Below, piece by piece: positions 13,111 to 26,045 of a DNA stretch of 64,000 bases (positions are counted from its first letter, which is position 1; each line of letters opens with the position of its first letter). The stretch spans positions 18,041,360 to 18,105,359 of the forward strand of contig NC_043019.1 in assembly GCF_006345805.1 (NCBI RefSeq), read 5' to 3'. The notes beneath the pieces are model-generated. The model was not told the origin of the DNA and ran no database searches. It was given only the letters and a program-made list of their open reading frames with translations. Origin of the DNA: Octopus sinensis (lineage: Eukaryota). The translations under genes and the position numbers were made by a program.

Positions 13111-14599
13111 TGTACAACAGGCTTCTTTCAGTTTCCATTGAGCAAATCCACTCTCAACGCTTTGTTTGGTGTGGGGCTATCGTAGAAGGTGCTATGGCAG
13201 TGGGACTGAACACAGAATCATGTGGTTGGGAAGTAAACTTCTTACCACCTGGCCACATCATGGTTTGATGGTTTCTGACAGGACCTGGCAACCTCCAGAT
13301 GTGCACCAGGCTTCAATGTTCCTTTCAGAATGGCTTTCTATGGCTGGATGCTCTTCCTAATGCCAACCCCTTTACAGAGTGGCCTGGGTGCTTGTCTTTC
13401 ATGACACTGGCACCAGTGAGGTTGCCAAGTAAATTGCAGGACAGGGAAAGAGAAAAACTTTTACTATTAAGTGGGAGGGGTTATTCGTGAGGGGGAGGTG
13501 GCTTTAGGCTAATTGTTGAAAGGGCTTTGAAGGACCAGCACAGGTGTCATGCTACAGAGGAGATATATGGCTACCCCACATTATATAGGGGTAGGTGGGA
13601 GTAGTAGAGAAGAAGATAAAAGCAAGGTAGTGATGGAGGAGGGCCAGAGCTAACTCTCAAGGTAAGCATAAGACAGGATACAAACAATAGGTCATGGGAG
13701 GAGAGGAGAGAGTGGATATTTCCATAAGAATGTGGGGGTGGGGGGTAGTAACAGATGATTAAAGATGAGGGTGGAAGTGAATGTATTGCTTGCTGAACAA
13801 AGGTGGAGGTTTGGTTGAAGGGAAATGCCAATATGGAGAGATGTGAGGTTGGATAGAAATAGAAATAGCTCAAGAAGGAGAACAGATCAGAAAGTAGAAG
13901 GATGATAGCAAAGTGTAGGAGTGGAGCGTGTGTGTGTATGTGTGTGTATGTGTATGTGTATATATATATATATATATACACACACTCATACCTATAAATT
14001 GGATTTACAAGAAAAGGTTTCAAAGTTTCAGTTTGTTCACCTTCATCAGACGAAGGCAAACAAGTGAAAGCTACTCTCAACCTTTTCCTTATAAAAACTA
14101 ATAAATATGTTTACTTTAGTAAAAAGGATTGAATAATCTTTCAGTTTGTTGTGAATCATTTTTATATAAAACTTGATATAAAAGTAAATGTTAATAGAAA
14201 TATTTATAAATCATCATCGTTTGATGTCCAATGTCCATGCTGGCATGGGTTGGACAGTTTGACCAGGGCTGCACCAAATTCCAGTCTGATTTGCCATGGT
14301 TTCTACGGCTGAATGCCCTTCCTAACACCAACCACTCCAAGAGTATAATGGGGAATTTTATGTGCCGCCAGCATGGGTGCCAGTTGCGTGACACCAGTAT
14401 CTGCCACAACTATGATTTCACTCAGCTTGGTGGATCTTCCTTCTCAAACACAGCATATTGCCAAAAGTTTTGGTCATTTGCCATTGGCTCCATGAGGCCC
14501 AATACTCAAAAAAAGGTGCTTTTTTATGTGCCACCAGCAAATATACACGTCTATCCCACGAGATGAAACAAAATGAAATCAAGAGTCACCATCACATAC

Positions 14600-14782
14600 T
14601 TGTGCTTCTTCCAGCTGGTCGATTAGTTGAGCCTCAGTATCCCTCTTCCTTGCATCACCCATATTCATTTCCCGTACCATTCCAAGAAAGAACACGTTAA
14701 AAAAGACTCTCTGATGGAGAATCTTCTCCACAGAATCTTTGGTGTCTTTTAGTGCAGTCAGGTTTTCATTACTGGAACCAAC
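14600..14782 (-). CDS. ITGB1BP1: ICAP-1-like protein, exon 2 (VGSSNENL...FFNVFFLGMVREMNMGDARKRDTEAQLIDQLEEAQ)
   Basis: TTTCAG acceptor, 183 nt open, GTATGT donor. Contains the start of the PTB fold (F-x-V-x-F-L-G) and LIDQLEEAQ, similar to ICAP-1 LINYIDVAQ. Confidence 0.85.
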
Positions 14783-17505
14783 CTGAAAATAAATTATTTC
14801 AAATGCATATCAATAAATATATACATTTATGATTTTTGGAAAAAATAAATGATAAATAACACTAAAACATTCCAACCCCTTTATCTCCTCTCCAATGAAC
14901 TGCTTGTTCCTGCCTCTTTTCTATTTTAGCCTCTCTGCAGCTGGCATGAAATCACCTCCCTCAATACTGTCAAGGGGTCTTGCTTTACAAGTTACTTGGT
15001 GACTGCACTGGTGCTGGTACCACAAAAAAAAAAAGCACCCAGTGCACTCTGTTAAGTGGTTGGCATTAGGAAGGGCATCCAACTTTGTCAAAGCAGACTC
15101 TGGACCCCAATATGGCCCTCAGGCTAGTCGGATCCTGTCAAACGGTCCAACACATTGCCAGCATGGAACACAGACATTATATGAGGATGATGGTAATGTA
15201 GAAGACTAGGGAAGGAAGAACACTTGATTATATCATCCTCAGTATATGACTGGTATTATTGTTATCATCCCAGAAAGGATGAAAGGCAAAATCAACCTTA
15301 GCAGTATATGAACTGAGAAGATTAATGGCTGTAAATATCACAAGGTATTTTGTCCTACAATATAACAATTTATATTTGTTTCCAATCTTGGCACAAGGCC
15401 AGCAATTTCAAGGGAGGGACAAGTTGTTTACTTGACACCAGTGCTCAACTGGTGCTTATCTTATTGACCCCAAAGAGATGAATAGCAAAGCCAACTTCAG
15501 CAGAATTTGAACTCAGAACGTCAAGACAGATGAAACGTGCTAACAACTCTTCCAGCTCACTGCCAATTCAAGTTAACCAAGATATGGCAGCATGATCAAG
15601 CAGTTTACTTCCCAACCACATGGTTTCAGGTTCAGTCCTACTGCTTGGCACTTTGGGCAAGTGACCCCTACTATAGCCCTGGGCTGGCCAAAGCCTTCTT
15701 GCAAGAGTATTACATTTGATCTCACAGTTGAATATCAATAGAAAGTGTACTTGCAACAATGAAGCGAAATTTTTTAAAAGAAATGTAAATCAAATATGAT
15801 GGTGCTTCAATAATATTAATGGGGGGGGGGGGTGGCACGGCGGAATCAGGTAACAAGGCTGTCTCTTTCAAAACGCATTTTCACAATGGAATGCATCTTC
15901 AAAACATGATCAAAACTCTACAAGTTCTGATTGTTTATCGAAGTTATTCACTGAAGTTTTTCCAGACTTATAACTGCTTTAAATGTTTTCCTCAGGCAAC
16001 AACCGACTCTGTTTCCCCGAATAAAAATGTTTTTTCACCTTTTGCACTGAATACATTAAACAAAAAAGAAAAAGTTATTTCATACTTTGTGGTGTTAATC
16101 ATTTTAATGTTTTTTTTTCTTTTTCAATAATTCAACAAAGTACATTGTCAATAATTCTTATTCTCATACATAAAAGGTACACGATGTGTGTGTGTGTGTG
16201 TGTGTGTGAACTGAGATCCTTTCCTATCCTGGAAAATATGGCCCCTGTAGCCAGGGAATTTCTGCGTAGATACTCAGCCTAGTAGAAATAACGGCCAAAT
16301 ATCATTACACCATTGTAAAAAGAAAGGACATATCGTATAAAATTGCTGTTCGAAAAATAGAAGCTGGGTCGGTCAAGCTTAAATACCTCGCTCGGGGCTG
16401 ACTTGGGATTGAACGTCGATAAATCTCCCGGTTTCCAGTTAGTCGATCATAAATAATTCTTTTTAAGTGAATTCTACAAACATTTGAACCTCTTCACATA
16501 ATATTCAGGTAGGAATCGATGCGACGTAGTAACCAAGTTGATCTTTCCAATTACAGGTGGTGGTACTTCATTCGACAAACTGTCAGGTTTCGTTAACCCA
16601 CTTCATTTACAAGGACCAAGTCGACTCGATTCTATTGGAACTCACAAATCATTTTCTGGCGACCCGAAGGGTTTCCTTATAGTTTCTGTCTACCCAACCC
16701 GGCACTTCGATTTCGCCCTAATTTCACAAACAAGGCTCGAGAAGATTCTAGGCTTTGGCAGAAAGCACCTGCCGAGGGTAATATTCAGTTAATGAGGCTA
16801 CTTAAATGAAAAGGTTAAAAGTCCAAAGTCAATTACTTGACCTTTCGTGATAAGAAACATTTTAACTCTACTAATCTAAACGCAACACCTGAGCACCGTA
16901 TTCAAATAAGTGCATCTCTAATATAAATTGGACATGGGCGATCGTTGCATTCTTTTTTGTCTTGAGGTTCACAGCCAAACGGCTGGGTGGATTCGCGTGA
17001 AAAATGGCACACATGTGGAGACGGGTGCATAGGTTGGAATGCAGTTTGTATTTTTTTCCTAACCCCGAGAAAAGCGATTAAAACTTTTTCTAATGGAATT
17101 TCCTTCTTTCTCCTGCCATTAAAACAACCAGTTGCTTAGGAGCTGTTTTCTGACGGGGTGGGGTCAGGAAATTTTCATATAGCTGGAGGTTCCAACTGAA
17201 ACAGGGGACACGAAATGATAAGGTTGACAAACGCTGTTGTAGATTATACCCAACAGAAAAGGATCCCAGCCCCATCATCCAAACAGACCGCGGGGGGCCG
17301 GGCTTAGCTGCTAATCTATAATTACAACCACAAAAGCACAGTTCATGTATTTTCATCTTAATTAAACTCTTCCGCTTAAAACCTTTATGTAAATAAGTGA
17401 AATGATTTAATCTAGAGGCAGTCACTGCATGAATTAAATACGTTAACTATAATTACAACAAATAAGAAAACAATGAACGAGTTTTGTGCAAAGCTGGAGA
17501 CTCAC

Positions 17506-17553
17506 GACGCTTTCTTTGCTCACGTTTTGCTGCTTGGCTTTCTTCTTCGGCAT
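17506..17553 (-). CDS. ITGB1BP1: ICAP-1-like PTB-domain protein, coding exon 1 (MPKKKAKQQNVSKESV)
   Basis: ATG in AAGATG context, 16 codons, then GTGAGT donor. Phase 0, in frame with exon 2. The basic N-terminus recalls the ICAP-1 NLS. This exon is less certain than the PTB exons. Confidence 0.75.
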
Positions 17554-17724
17554 CTTTCACAAATGTAGTCGAGTTATTAGTTTTCAAAGCTTTGCCTAAT
17601 TATGAGTAGGTTATTTTTCCCTCTTTAAATAATCATCTTCCAGCAACAAATCAACAATCGACCAACAACAGATCGATCGATCGATCAACAAACTTTTGCC
17701 TTCTTTTCCAACAACAAACAATAT

Positions 17725-17734
17725 ACCGGAAGTG
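17725..17734. promoter_or_regulatory. ETS/GABP-type motif ACCGGAAGTG upstream of the ICAP-1-like gene
   Basis: Exact consensus match about 170 bp upstream of the ATG at 17553. Function is inferred. Confidence 0.45.
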
Positions 17735-18769
17735 AAGCTTTAATCTCGAACCCAAAATGCGGTCAAACAATTTAAATTCACTTTTTTTTTTTTTTTTCAA
17801 ATCTCATAATTTCATAAAAGTTGATTTAGCATACATACATATTTATTAAATATGAATACATGAAATTCAATAATAAACGAAATATATTTTTTATTATTTG
17901 TATCATTGTTGTCACTTTATTTCTAACATTAGGCGACACGAAGCCAAAAATATCTTTAGTGGAATATTTTAATCCTTTTAAAGATTAATCTTTCATTTCT
18001 GAAACTAGGTTAACACTCAATGAATTTTAAATACAAATGTTAGAGGGTAAAATATCCAATTGGATCTCCCGATTCTGCTAATGCATGACCCTTTTAGGGG
18101 TCTTAAGGGCGTTTGGCTGAAACAGTAACCCACTGGACAAAATATCCTTCGGGTGTTTGGTTACGAGGCTTTACGTTCTGAGATCAAATCACAGCAGAGT
18201 CGACTTGCCCTTTAATCCTTGCATGAGGTGGGGGCACCAGTCAGCTATTCTCTGCCTGCAAAATATGCGAGCTTCTGCCCTATATTAGAAATATTAGATA
18301 AAACTGAAACAACTGGCAGCTCAAGAAATTAGAATTGTAAAATTATAGCTTTCTGCATATATATATATATAAATTTAGATTTTTGATTTATATGGATAAT
18401 ACCATAACAAATTCTGGTGCCTTTAACTTAAGTACCAGATTCATCTGAATCTAAATGTTTGCTGAACTTGTATGTATATATATATATATATATATATACA
18501 TACATATATATAAGATTCAACGAGTTAAGACTGATAAATATATGTTTAGAGACTGAAAGTTAACAAAAAAGGAAAACAACTCAAGAGAGCTTTCTCTGAG
18601 AGTGTGTGTGTGTGTCTGTGCGTGTGTGTCTGTGCGTGTGCGTGTGTGTGTGTGTTGTTGTGTGTATGTATGCATTTGCAAGCAGTGAAGAAGAGACGGA
18701 GGAGGAGAAGGAGGAAGCGGAGTAGAGAATAAGGAGAGGGGGAGAGGGGCAGGGCCTGTATTTGCCGCG

Positions 18770-18778
18770 CGCCATTTT
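18770..18778. promoter_or_regulatory. YY1-like motif CGCCATTTT upstream of the TFIIS start codon
   Basis: Consensus-like core within a locally GC/CpG-rich patch about 240 bp upstream of ATG 19014. Confidence 0.35.
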
Positions 18779-19013
18779 CCCATCATGCAATGCTGCCTCG
18801 GTCCGCCACAAACAAATTTTCTGCTGTGAGGAGAGATCGGGCGAGTCGTGTCCAACAGACAAGTGAAGGCTTCTTCCCATTATTATTGGGCTTAACCTTT
18901 AGTGTTTATCATTTGCTGTTGGTACCTTTGCCGCCGTTTTCTCATTTGAAGTGATATAAGCGTACATTACTTATTTAGCTGTGTGTGTCTCTTGCGGGGT
19001 TGGAAAAGCCAAG

Positions 19014-19082
19014 ATGGGATGCGAAGACGAAGTATTGAAGATTGGTAAAAAACTGGAGAAGATGATATCCAGCGGGACATCG
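19014..19082 (+). CDS. TCEA1: Transcription elongation factor S-II (TFIIS), exon 1 (MGCEDEVLKIGKKLEKMISSGTS)
   Basis: CAAGATGG start, 69 nt, GTAAGT donor. Typical TFIIS N-terminus. The TCEA1/2/3 paralog label is nominal for an invertebrate. Confidence 0.92.
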
Positions 19083-19195
19083 GTAAGTGGGACGAGGACG
19101 ACGGCGGCCGGCGGCCAGCGGCGGCAGCGCGACACACGTTGATCGCGCACGCACACACATACAACAACACTAACACACACACACACACACATCTG

Positions 19196-19350
19196 GCTAG
19201 TCGTGACTAGTCGATCCTTTGTGTTTTATTTACTTTGTTTAACAAAAATTATTTATTTTGTGTTTTATTTGCTCGGTAGTCGCACGATCGACTAGTCACG
19301 ACTAGCTAGCGCGAGTGCGCGCACCGGGGCCGCTGTTCCCAAGTGCTACC
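19196..19350. mobile_element. Second, left-truncated copy of the hairpin element
   Basis: Same inner IR and related AT core. The right arm is complete but diverged (ends CTACC); the left arm stops at a (CA)n tract. Confidence 0.6.
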
Positions 19351-20083
19351 CCACCCACCTCTACAACTGTGTTGCTAAAGTTTCTCTTGCCTAAATTCTC
19401 ATCTTTCTTCGCTCTCTTCCAACTTTTGCACATTTATGAACCCAAAATTAGGGTCAGCAGCCCCAAAACTCTCTTCACCATTTTACTAATTGAGTTGTGA
19501 CTCTTTTTTTCTTTTTTGTCCGTTTGTTTATTTAAAAACAATTTTTAATAATTTTCAAAATTGTTTCTAATCAACATCTAAAGTAATTATTGTATCTCGT
19601 TTGTTGATCAGGGTTATTTATTTCGATTTCCCCTATTAATACATTTGTTAAGCCCACCCCTCCCTTTCTACCAAGCAAACAAAAAATCCTGGTTGTTTAT
19701 CTCCAGATCAGCTCAGATCGACCTGATCAAAGGCTTTCCATTTGTGACCACCTCTTCTTTACTCTTTCTTTTTAATCGGACGTAGTCCTTTTGAGACAGC
19801 ATACTTCAATTCGTGCCTGATTCAGTCTAAGTCCACCCTTGTCACGGTACGCAGCCCTAGTTTTTCATGCGATTTATCTGGAAGGATAAACTCCAGTTTA
19901 AATTAATCGAAGATGCACTGTATGATTGAAATATAAATACCCCCCCCCCCAATTCCCTGGGGGTGGAGGTGTTACAAACTAAACCCTATCCTCCCATTTT
20001 GTACTCCCGATCGCACCTTTTATCTCTTTAGTACGACCAGTAGAGCTGGCCTTATTTCCATTTTACTTTTACTTTTGATGCTG

Positions 20084-20256
20084 GGTATTACTCGAGAACA
20101 GTGGTCCCGGTGCGCGCACTCGCGTTAGCTAGTCGTGACTAGTCGATCCTTTGTTTAAAAAATTATTTACTTTGCTAGCTGGTCGTTGTACAATCGACTA
20201 GTCACGACTAGCTAGCGCGGATGCGCGCACCGTGACCACTGTTCTCGAGTAGTACC
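20084..20256. mobile_element. MITE-like hairpin element in TFIIS intron 1
   Basis: About 60-bp inverted arms GGTATTACTCGAGAACAGTGG...CTAGTCGTGACTAGTCGAT around an AT-rich core. No clear TSD. Confidence 0.65.
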
Positions 20257-20403
20257 TTGATGTTGTTTATTGCCAACAGCTTGGTCAGTGTTTCGTTGGT
20301 CGAATCCAGAGAAATCTCTCCGTTTCCACCGTTTCTCCTTGCTTTCTCATCTTCCTTCCTTGCTTTCTCTCTCTCTCATCGCCATGCGAGCAATAGAGCT
20401 TAT

Positions 20404-20417
20404 ACCGGAAGTGACGT
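20404..20417. promoter_or_regulatory. ETS-CRE-like composite ACCGGAAGTGACGT in TFIIS intron 1
   Basis: ETS core overlapping TGACGT. Shares the TATACCGGAAGTGA context with the 17725 site. Confidence 0.35.
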
Positions 20418-21708
20418 AGCTAATGTTTAGATTCCACCCAACAACACCCGCCATAAATCTCCCTCATCCAACATCACAAATACAAATTGGAGCTGATCGA
20501 TGGATCTCTTCTTTGCACTGGTTTTTATAGTTGTTATTCGATAACTATTGATTGGGGTCTCACGTCAGTGTTGATAGAGCAACCCTATGGTCAAAAGACG
20601 TTCCTGTCGAGACCACCACGTCTTTTATTCACAGTATATACCTAAGACTAGAAATGTCCGATATGATGGTAAAAAGAGAGAGAGAGAGGCGGAGATTGAT
20701 AAGTTTATAAGTAAATTAATCATCTGGTCTTTAATAAACAGAGAAAGAGGATGAAAAAATAGCAAATACAATGTTTAGTTTACGAGTTGAATAATTTCGT
20801 TTTTCTAATAAACTTGCACGACTGAAATATTGGCTGTCCAGTTTGGATTCGGTGCAGGACGAGTTGAAACGCTCTTTCATTCACTTGTGCCATATTTGAT
20901 GCCAACAAGAACTTCGGTTTAGACGTAGAAAGTTCTTCTTTTCAGCTTCGTTTGTGGTGGTGCCGTTAACGCTCATCGTTTGGGTTGTTTGCGGGTGCCT
21001 GGAAGTAGCAGACCAGACCCCCCCCTTTTTTTTTTTTTTTTTTTCAAGTAGAGTTCCGCACTTTTGAACACCAAGATAGAAGTGGCTGTTTATATGTCAC
21101 ACAAGCTGTTTAATTCTATAAATAGCTTAATTGTGGCCGTCGCAACACCTAACAAGTAAGGGTGACGATATGAAGTGAATTTCGAGTGCCTTAGGTCAGT
21201 TACAGTAAGGGTGGCGCTTCTCTGTGTGTTCATCGAAGCTAGAATAGTTGTGGCAGTAGTAGAAGTGGCTGGGAACACGGCGTGACCCTCTGTTGGTTGT
21301 CCATAGCAGATTGCTGATTAAACCATTGCTAATCGTCCCGGTTGAGTTTATTTCTTCCGGTCGGTGTCGCAAAAATATTTCGGTAAGGTCTATTGCGAAA
21401 CAACTAGAAAAAACATTCTATGGTTTGAAAGAATCAAAAGTGTGCGTGCAAAGGGAAAATGTTTACGTTATTCGTCATTTGTCTAATAAAACCCTCCAAT
21501 ATCACCCCGTAGTCTATATATCTCGTGATTGTATTTTGTCAGTTTCTTCCTTTAAAACCAAACGAAAACCTATCAAATTTGCTATCTTTTCTCTGAACGT
21601 TACTTTTTCATCACAAGCAACATATGCCATTATTTTAATGTGTGCAGGTTTTCAAATACTGCTCTATTTTTTTTTTAGCAATATGCGAGTGTTTATCGCT
21701 CTCTCTAC

Positions 21709-21776
<68 letters not shown>

Positions 21777-24152
21777 GGTTATTCAAATGGTGTCCTTTAC
21801 TGGTTACTGCATAAGTATGTTGAACTTTTGTTATTCATCAAACGAGACGATTATCACCTTACTTGGAAACATGGGTTTAGCGACAAAGAGGATATCTGGC
21901 TGTAGAAAACCTACCTCGACAAATTCCATCTGACCCATGCAAGCATGAAAAGGTGGACGTTAAAACGATACGAGTATTAAGTGGTTTAGCACAAGCAATC
22001 TTGTGTGCCTGATGATAGTTTGTGTTTGTATAAAGAATTGTATTTGTTTGGCCAAATGATGTTATCTGGGCTTGAGTTAACTAAGACAATAATTGTATTG
22101 AGGGTCATAATGGAATTAAAGGCACACAAACATCAGAATGTTCTCCACTAGGAAGTATACCATAAAGTTGAAAAAAATGAATACAAAAGAACATGTGTTT
22201 TTGATGGCTACAATGACTCTACCAAGGAGCAGTGGCTTGCATATCATCATCATCGTTTTAACGTTCACTTTCCCATGCTTGCATGGGTCAGAGAATTTGT
22301 TGAGGCAGATTTCATTTAGCTGGAAGCTCTTCCTGTTGCCAACCCTCATTTGTTTCCAAGGCATAGTTTTCACAGGAGACTGGAAACAAAGGCTATCTTG
22401 TTGATCAACATTTACAAGGGCCACATTAAGACACCTGTGTCTGTTCCTCTGGCCTAATGTAGCCTCTCAATGGAGGGTCTTTTCTCTTGCAAGTTACTTA
22501 CCAAGCTCACTGATATTCATGTTACAAAAACCACCTGGTACTCAGTACTCTCTGTAAAGAGGTTGGTGTTGGGAGGGGCATCCAGCTATAGAAACCCTGC
22601 CAAAACAGACATTTGAGCTTGATGCAATGTCCTCGCTTGTTGGATCCTGTCAAATTGTTAAACCCATGTCAGCATGGAAGAATGTCATTGAGGTATGTGT
22701 ATATGTATACTTGACAAACTTCCTCCAGTTTTCCCCTACCAAATCCCCTCATAAGGTTTTGGTTGACCCAGGGTTGTAGAAAGCTCTTGCCCATGGTGCC
22801 ACACAGTGGAATTGAACCCAGAGCCATGTGGTTGGGAAGTACATGTTTTAAATCACACAGCATGGGCACACACTCATGCATTCTTGCTTCCCTCGATTTG
22901 TAATTTGTGATTTTCTTTCCTCTAACAGTTCTCGGCTTATTAATTCTGACAATTTCTTTGAGCTCCTCTGTTTCTTTCTAATTCACTCATAAGAATCACT
23001 CAACCGTAAACATTAACAGTTCCGCTCTCAGGAAATTATTGAAATTGTAACATGTTGTAGACTCGTTTACCCTGGAATTCATTACACTTATTATGAACAG
23101 TTATATCCTGCACGTTGTCTCTCATAAGGTACCACCAGCAACACTATGTCTGTGTTGTTGTTTAGCCTTCACTGAATCAGTGTTCAAAGACATTCCAACT
23201 GGGGTCAGTTTTTTTTTTTTTTTTTTGCCTTTTCAGTAAAGGACTAGACTACTCAGTGCATCTTTCCTTTTCATTTTCAAAAACATTATGATGCAATTCA
23301 AGAGAGATCTGGCTGCTATTTCTATCACATTGAGCAACCATGTAACATCTTGTCTCAGCCTTGCTATAGCAAACTACGATCAACGGTGTTCTTATTATCC
23401 CATCTATTCAGGCACAGTGTACCTAGCAATATACCGTCTTCTTTTACTTGTTCAGACATTGGACTGCAGCCATGCTGGTGCAGTTGAACAAATTGCCCCT
23501 GCACATCACATCTCATTATATTGTAATGAACGGTAGAATTTGTCGAAGATTGACCCAAAAGTCTTTTACAAAAACAAAACAAAAAAACCTATTTGGTTGG
23601 TCATATGTGGGTTCATGCTCAACAGTCTTTTCTTTTGTTTTCTAACCTCATCTCCAGTTTGACATAGCAGACAGATCTATGATCTAAGACACTCCAGTAG
23701 TGACCTCCATCTTTTTTTACCCTGTAGAGTCCTCAGGGTCTGCAATACTGATGATGTCATCAGAATTGGTCATGGAATATCTCTAGGTTTTTAGATTTTG
23801 ACGCATGAAATTGTAGGTTTATAAACCGTTGAGCACAACAAGGCAGCAGACATCCTGGTCCTTTGCCGTCTTGCCTGAAAGTTTCAGCATCCTGAGGTCG
23901 TCCTTCAGTACTTCATCCTGATCAATGACCTCAGCATCCTGAGGTCATTAAGTTTTTAAAAATCCTTTTATATTTTTATTGTTAAATATTCGGAATTGTA
24001 TAAGAATAATTGTTAAAATGTTTTGTGTATTGTAGAAATGTACCCGAATTATTGCACAAAGAAAATCTTATATGGACCCCAGTTGAGAATGACTGACTTA
24101 ACCCAACATAGCATAGACAAACAGGCATAAAAATTAACTCTATATATATGTA

Positions 24153-24197
<45 letters not shown>

Positions 24198-24201
<4 letters not shown>

Positions 24202-24363
24202 CCACTACACTCACGGAGTGGTTGGCGTTAGGAAGGGCATCCAGCTGTAGTAACATTGCCAGATAAGACTGGAGCCTGGTGCAGCCTTCTGGCTTCCCAG
24301 ATCCCCGGTCGAACCGTCCAACCCATGCTAGCATGGAGAACGGACGTTAAATGATGATGATGA
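24198..24363 (+). mobile_element. Short RTE 3'-tail copy (representative of many: ~12321, 14213, 22245, 25370, 39455, 46060, 57721)
   Basis: GGAAGGGCATCCAGCTGTAG...CCAACCCATGCTAGCATGG...GGACGTTAAATGATGATG, shared with the LINE tail at 54139. Confidence 0.85.
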
Positions 24364-24364
24364 T

Positions 24365-25068
24365 ATATATATATAAAACTGAGAATGTCTGTCTGTGTGT
24401 TTCCCTAAAACTTGAGAACTATCCAACCAATTTCATTCAAATTTTACACATGCCTTACTTAGGATCCATGTAGTTTCATGGGCAAAAAAAAAATGTTCAA
24501 CTTCTTGCCTAGAGTGAGCCCATAGCAATATCATATCTTCACTATTTCAGTATTACGTGTTAAAAGTGAAACAAAAACGTTTCTCTATTTTATGTCAGAT
24601 ACTTTCACTTTAACAATAAAAATAATAATAACAATTGAATTATATGTAGTAAGTAATAATTAAAATCAAACTAAAGTATAATATAATCGTAACATAACAA
24701 AAGTAAAAATAGCAATTGGTATAAAATTGCATCAATGACTTGAAGTGGTTTCACATGAATGGGAATAAAATAAAAATAAAATTAGCGTGCAGAAATGGAA
24801 TAGTCCAGATGGATAATAAAAAATTAAAGAAAAGAAAAGACTATTGTCTATAAAGTATACAATGTAGAGAAAAAAGAAGAGCTAACAATTCCAGTCTGTT
24901 ATATAGTTTGAGTATTGTTATCACTAGCGATATCAAGATATAACTTTGTATTTTGCATTTTATGTGTAGATGTATATATATAGATGTACATGTAATATGT
25001 ACACATATATATACACATATATACATGCACTAGCACTATGACCTGGCAACGACGGGTCTTTAATGCTA

Positions 25069-25069
<1 letters not shown>
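24365..25069 (+). mobile_element. Non-autonomous Helitron-like element
   Basis: TATATATAAAACTGAGAATGTCTGTCTG 5' region (TC not visible). GACCTG-GCAACGA-CGGGTC hairpin, then CTAG|T. Confidence 0.7.
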
Positions 25070-25106
<37 letters not shown>

Positions 25107-25615
25107 GTACACACAGCCATGTGTATAGCTATAACAACCTAAACTTGTGTGGAAATTGTCTTTGCTGCTCCTCGTTTGAAATTGTCTGACAAGAATTATG
25201 TTGTCATATTCACATTTCGAGTGGACATCACATCTGACAGCTCTGCATTGGGAAAATGGCAAACTTTTTTCTTTTTTTTCTTTTTGTTACCAGCTTCAAT
25301 TATTTTGTTTTGTTCTTCATTTCTGTAGTTATACCCACACACATACATTTTACCTTTCTCTAAAATCTTCATCATCATCATCGTTTAACATCCATTTTCC
25401 ATGCTGGAATGGGTTGGACAGTTTGGGGACTAGCAAGCCAGGAGGCCGCAGCAGGCTGCAAACCATGGAAGTAAGAGCCCTCTTGATAAAAATTAGGGAG
25501 CCTGATGCATTGAGCAATTTATCTAACAAGAAGGATGATTTGTATTAGATGTGCTTGTTTCTGTTTATTGTTGTTGGCATCAGGCTGATCAATCATTGCT
25601 CTCTTGTTCCAACAG

Positions 25616-25684
25616 GACCATGCTGCTTCAGTTGACCTCCTCAAATCCTTACAGGATTTACCTATGACTCTTGATGTGCTCCAG
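25616..25684 (+). CDS. TCEA1: TFIIS exon 2 (DHAASVDLLKSLQDLPMTLDVLQ)
   Basis: AACAG acceptor and GTGAGT donor, 69 nt. DLL..L..LPMTLDVLQ motif of TFIIS domain I. Confidence 0.92.
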
Positions 25685-26012
25685 GTGAGTCTCTTTCATT
25701 CCATTCACTAGACCAGCCTCTTTCGGTGTGTGTTTTTGTAGCCTATGTGGTTGAAAGTTTGTTTCACAATCAAATGGTTTTGGGTTCAGTCCCACTCCAT
25801 AGCACTGGGGCCAGGCTAACCAATGACTTGAGTGTGAAATAGGGTTGATAAAACCCTAACCCGAAGCCCATGCTTTGTATATTTCTCATCGTCTTTGTTC
25901 TTTTCACATTTACTTTTCTATGCTGGCAGAGTTGTCCATCCTGTTGCCAACCATTGGTGATGAATGGCATTCATTTACAACTGTCACTTCATGTAAAGGC
26001 AAAGACACATGC

Positions 26013-26045
<33 letters not shown>

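Noticed and set aside
21293-21814. 173-aa ORF in TFIIS intron 1
   Set aside because: No recognisable motif, runs into TA/TG repeats, and has a non-ATG start. The region looks like an unclassified repeat.
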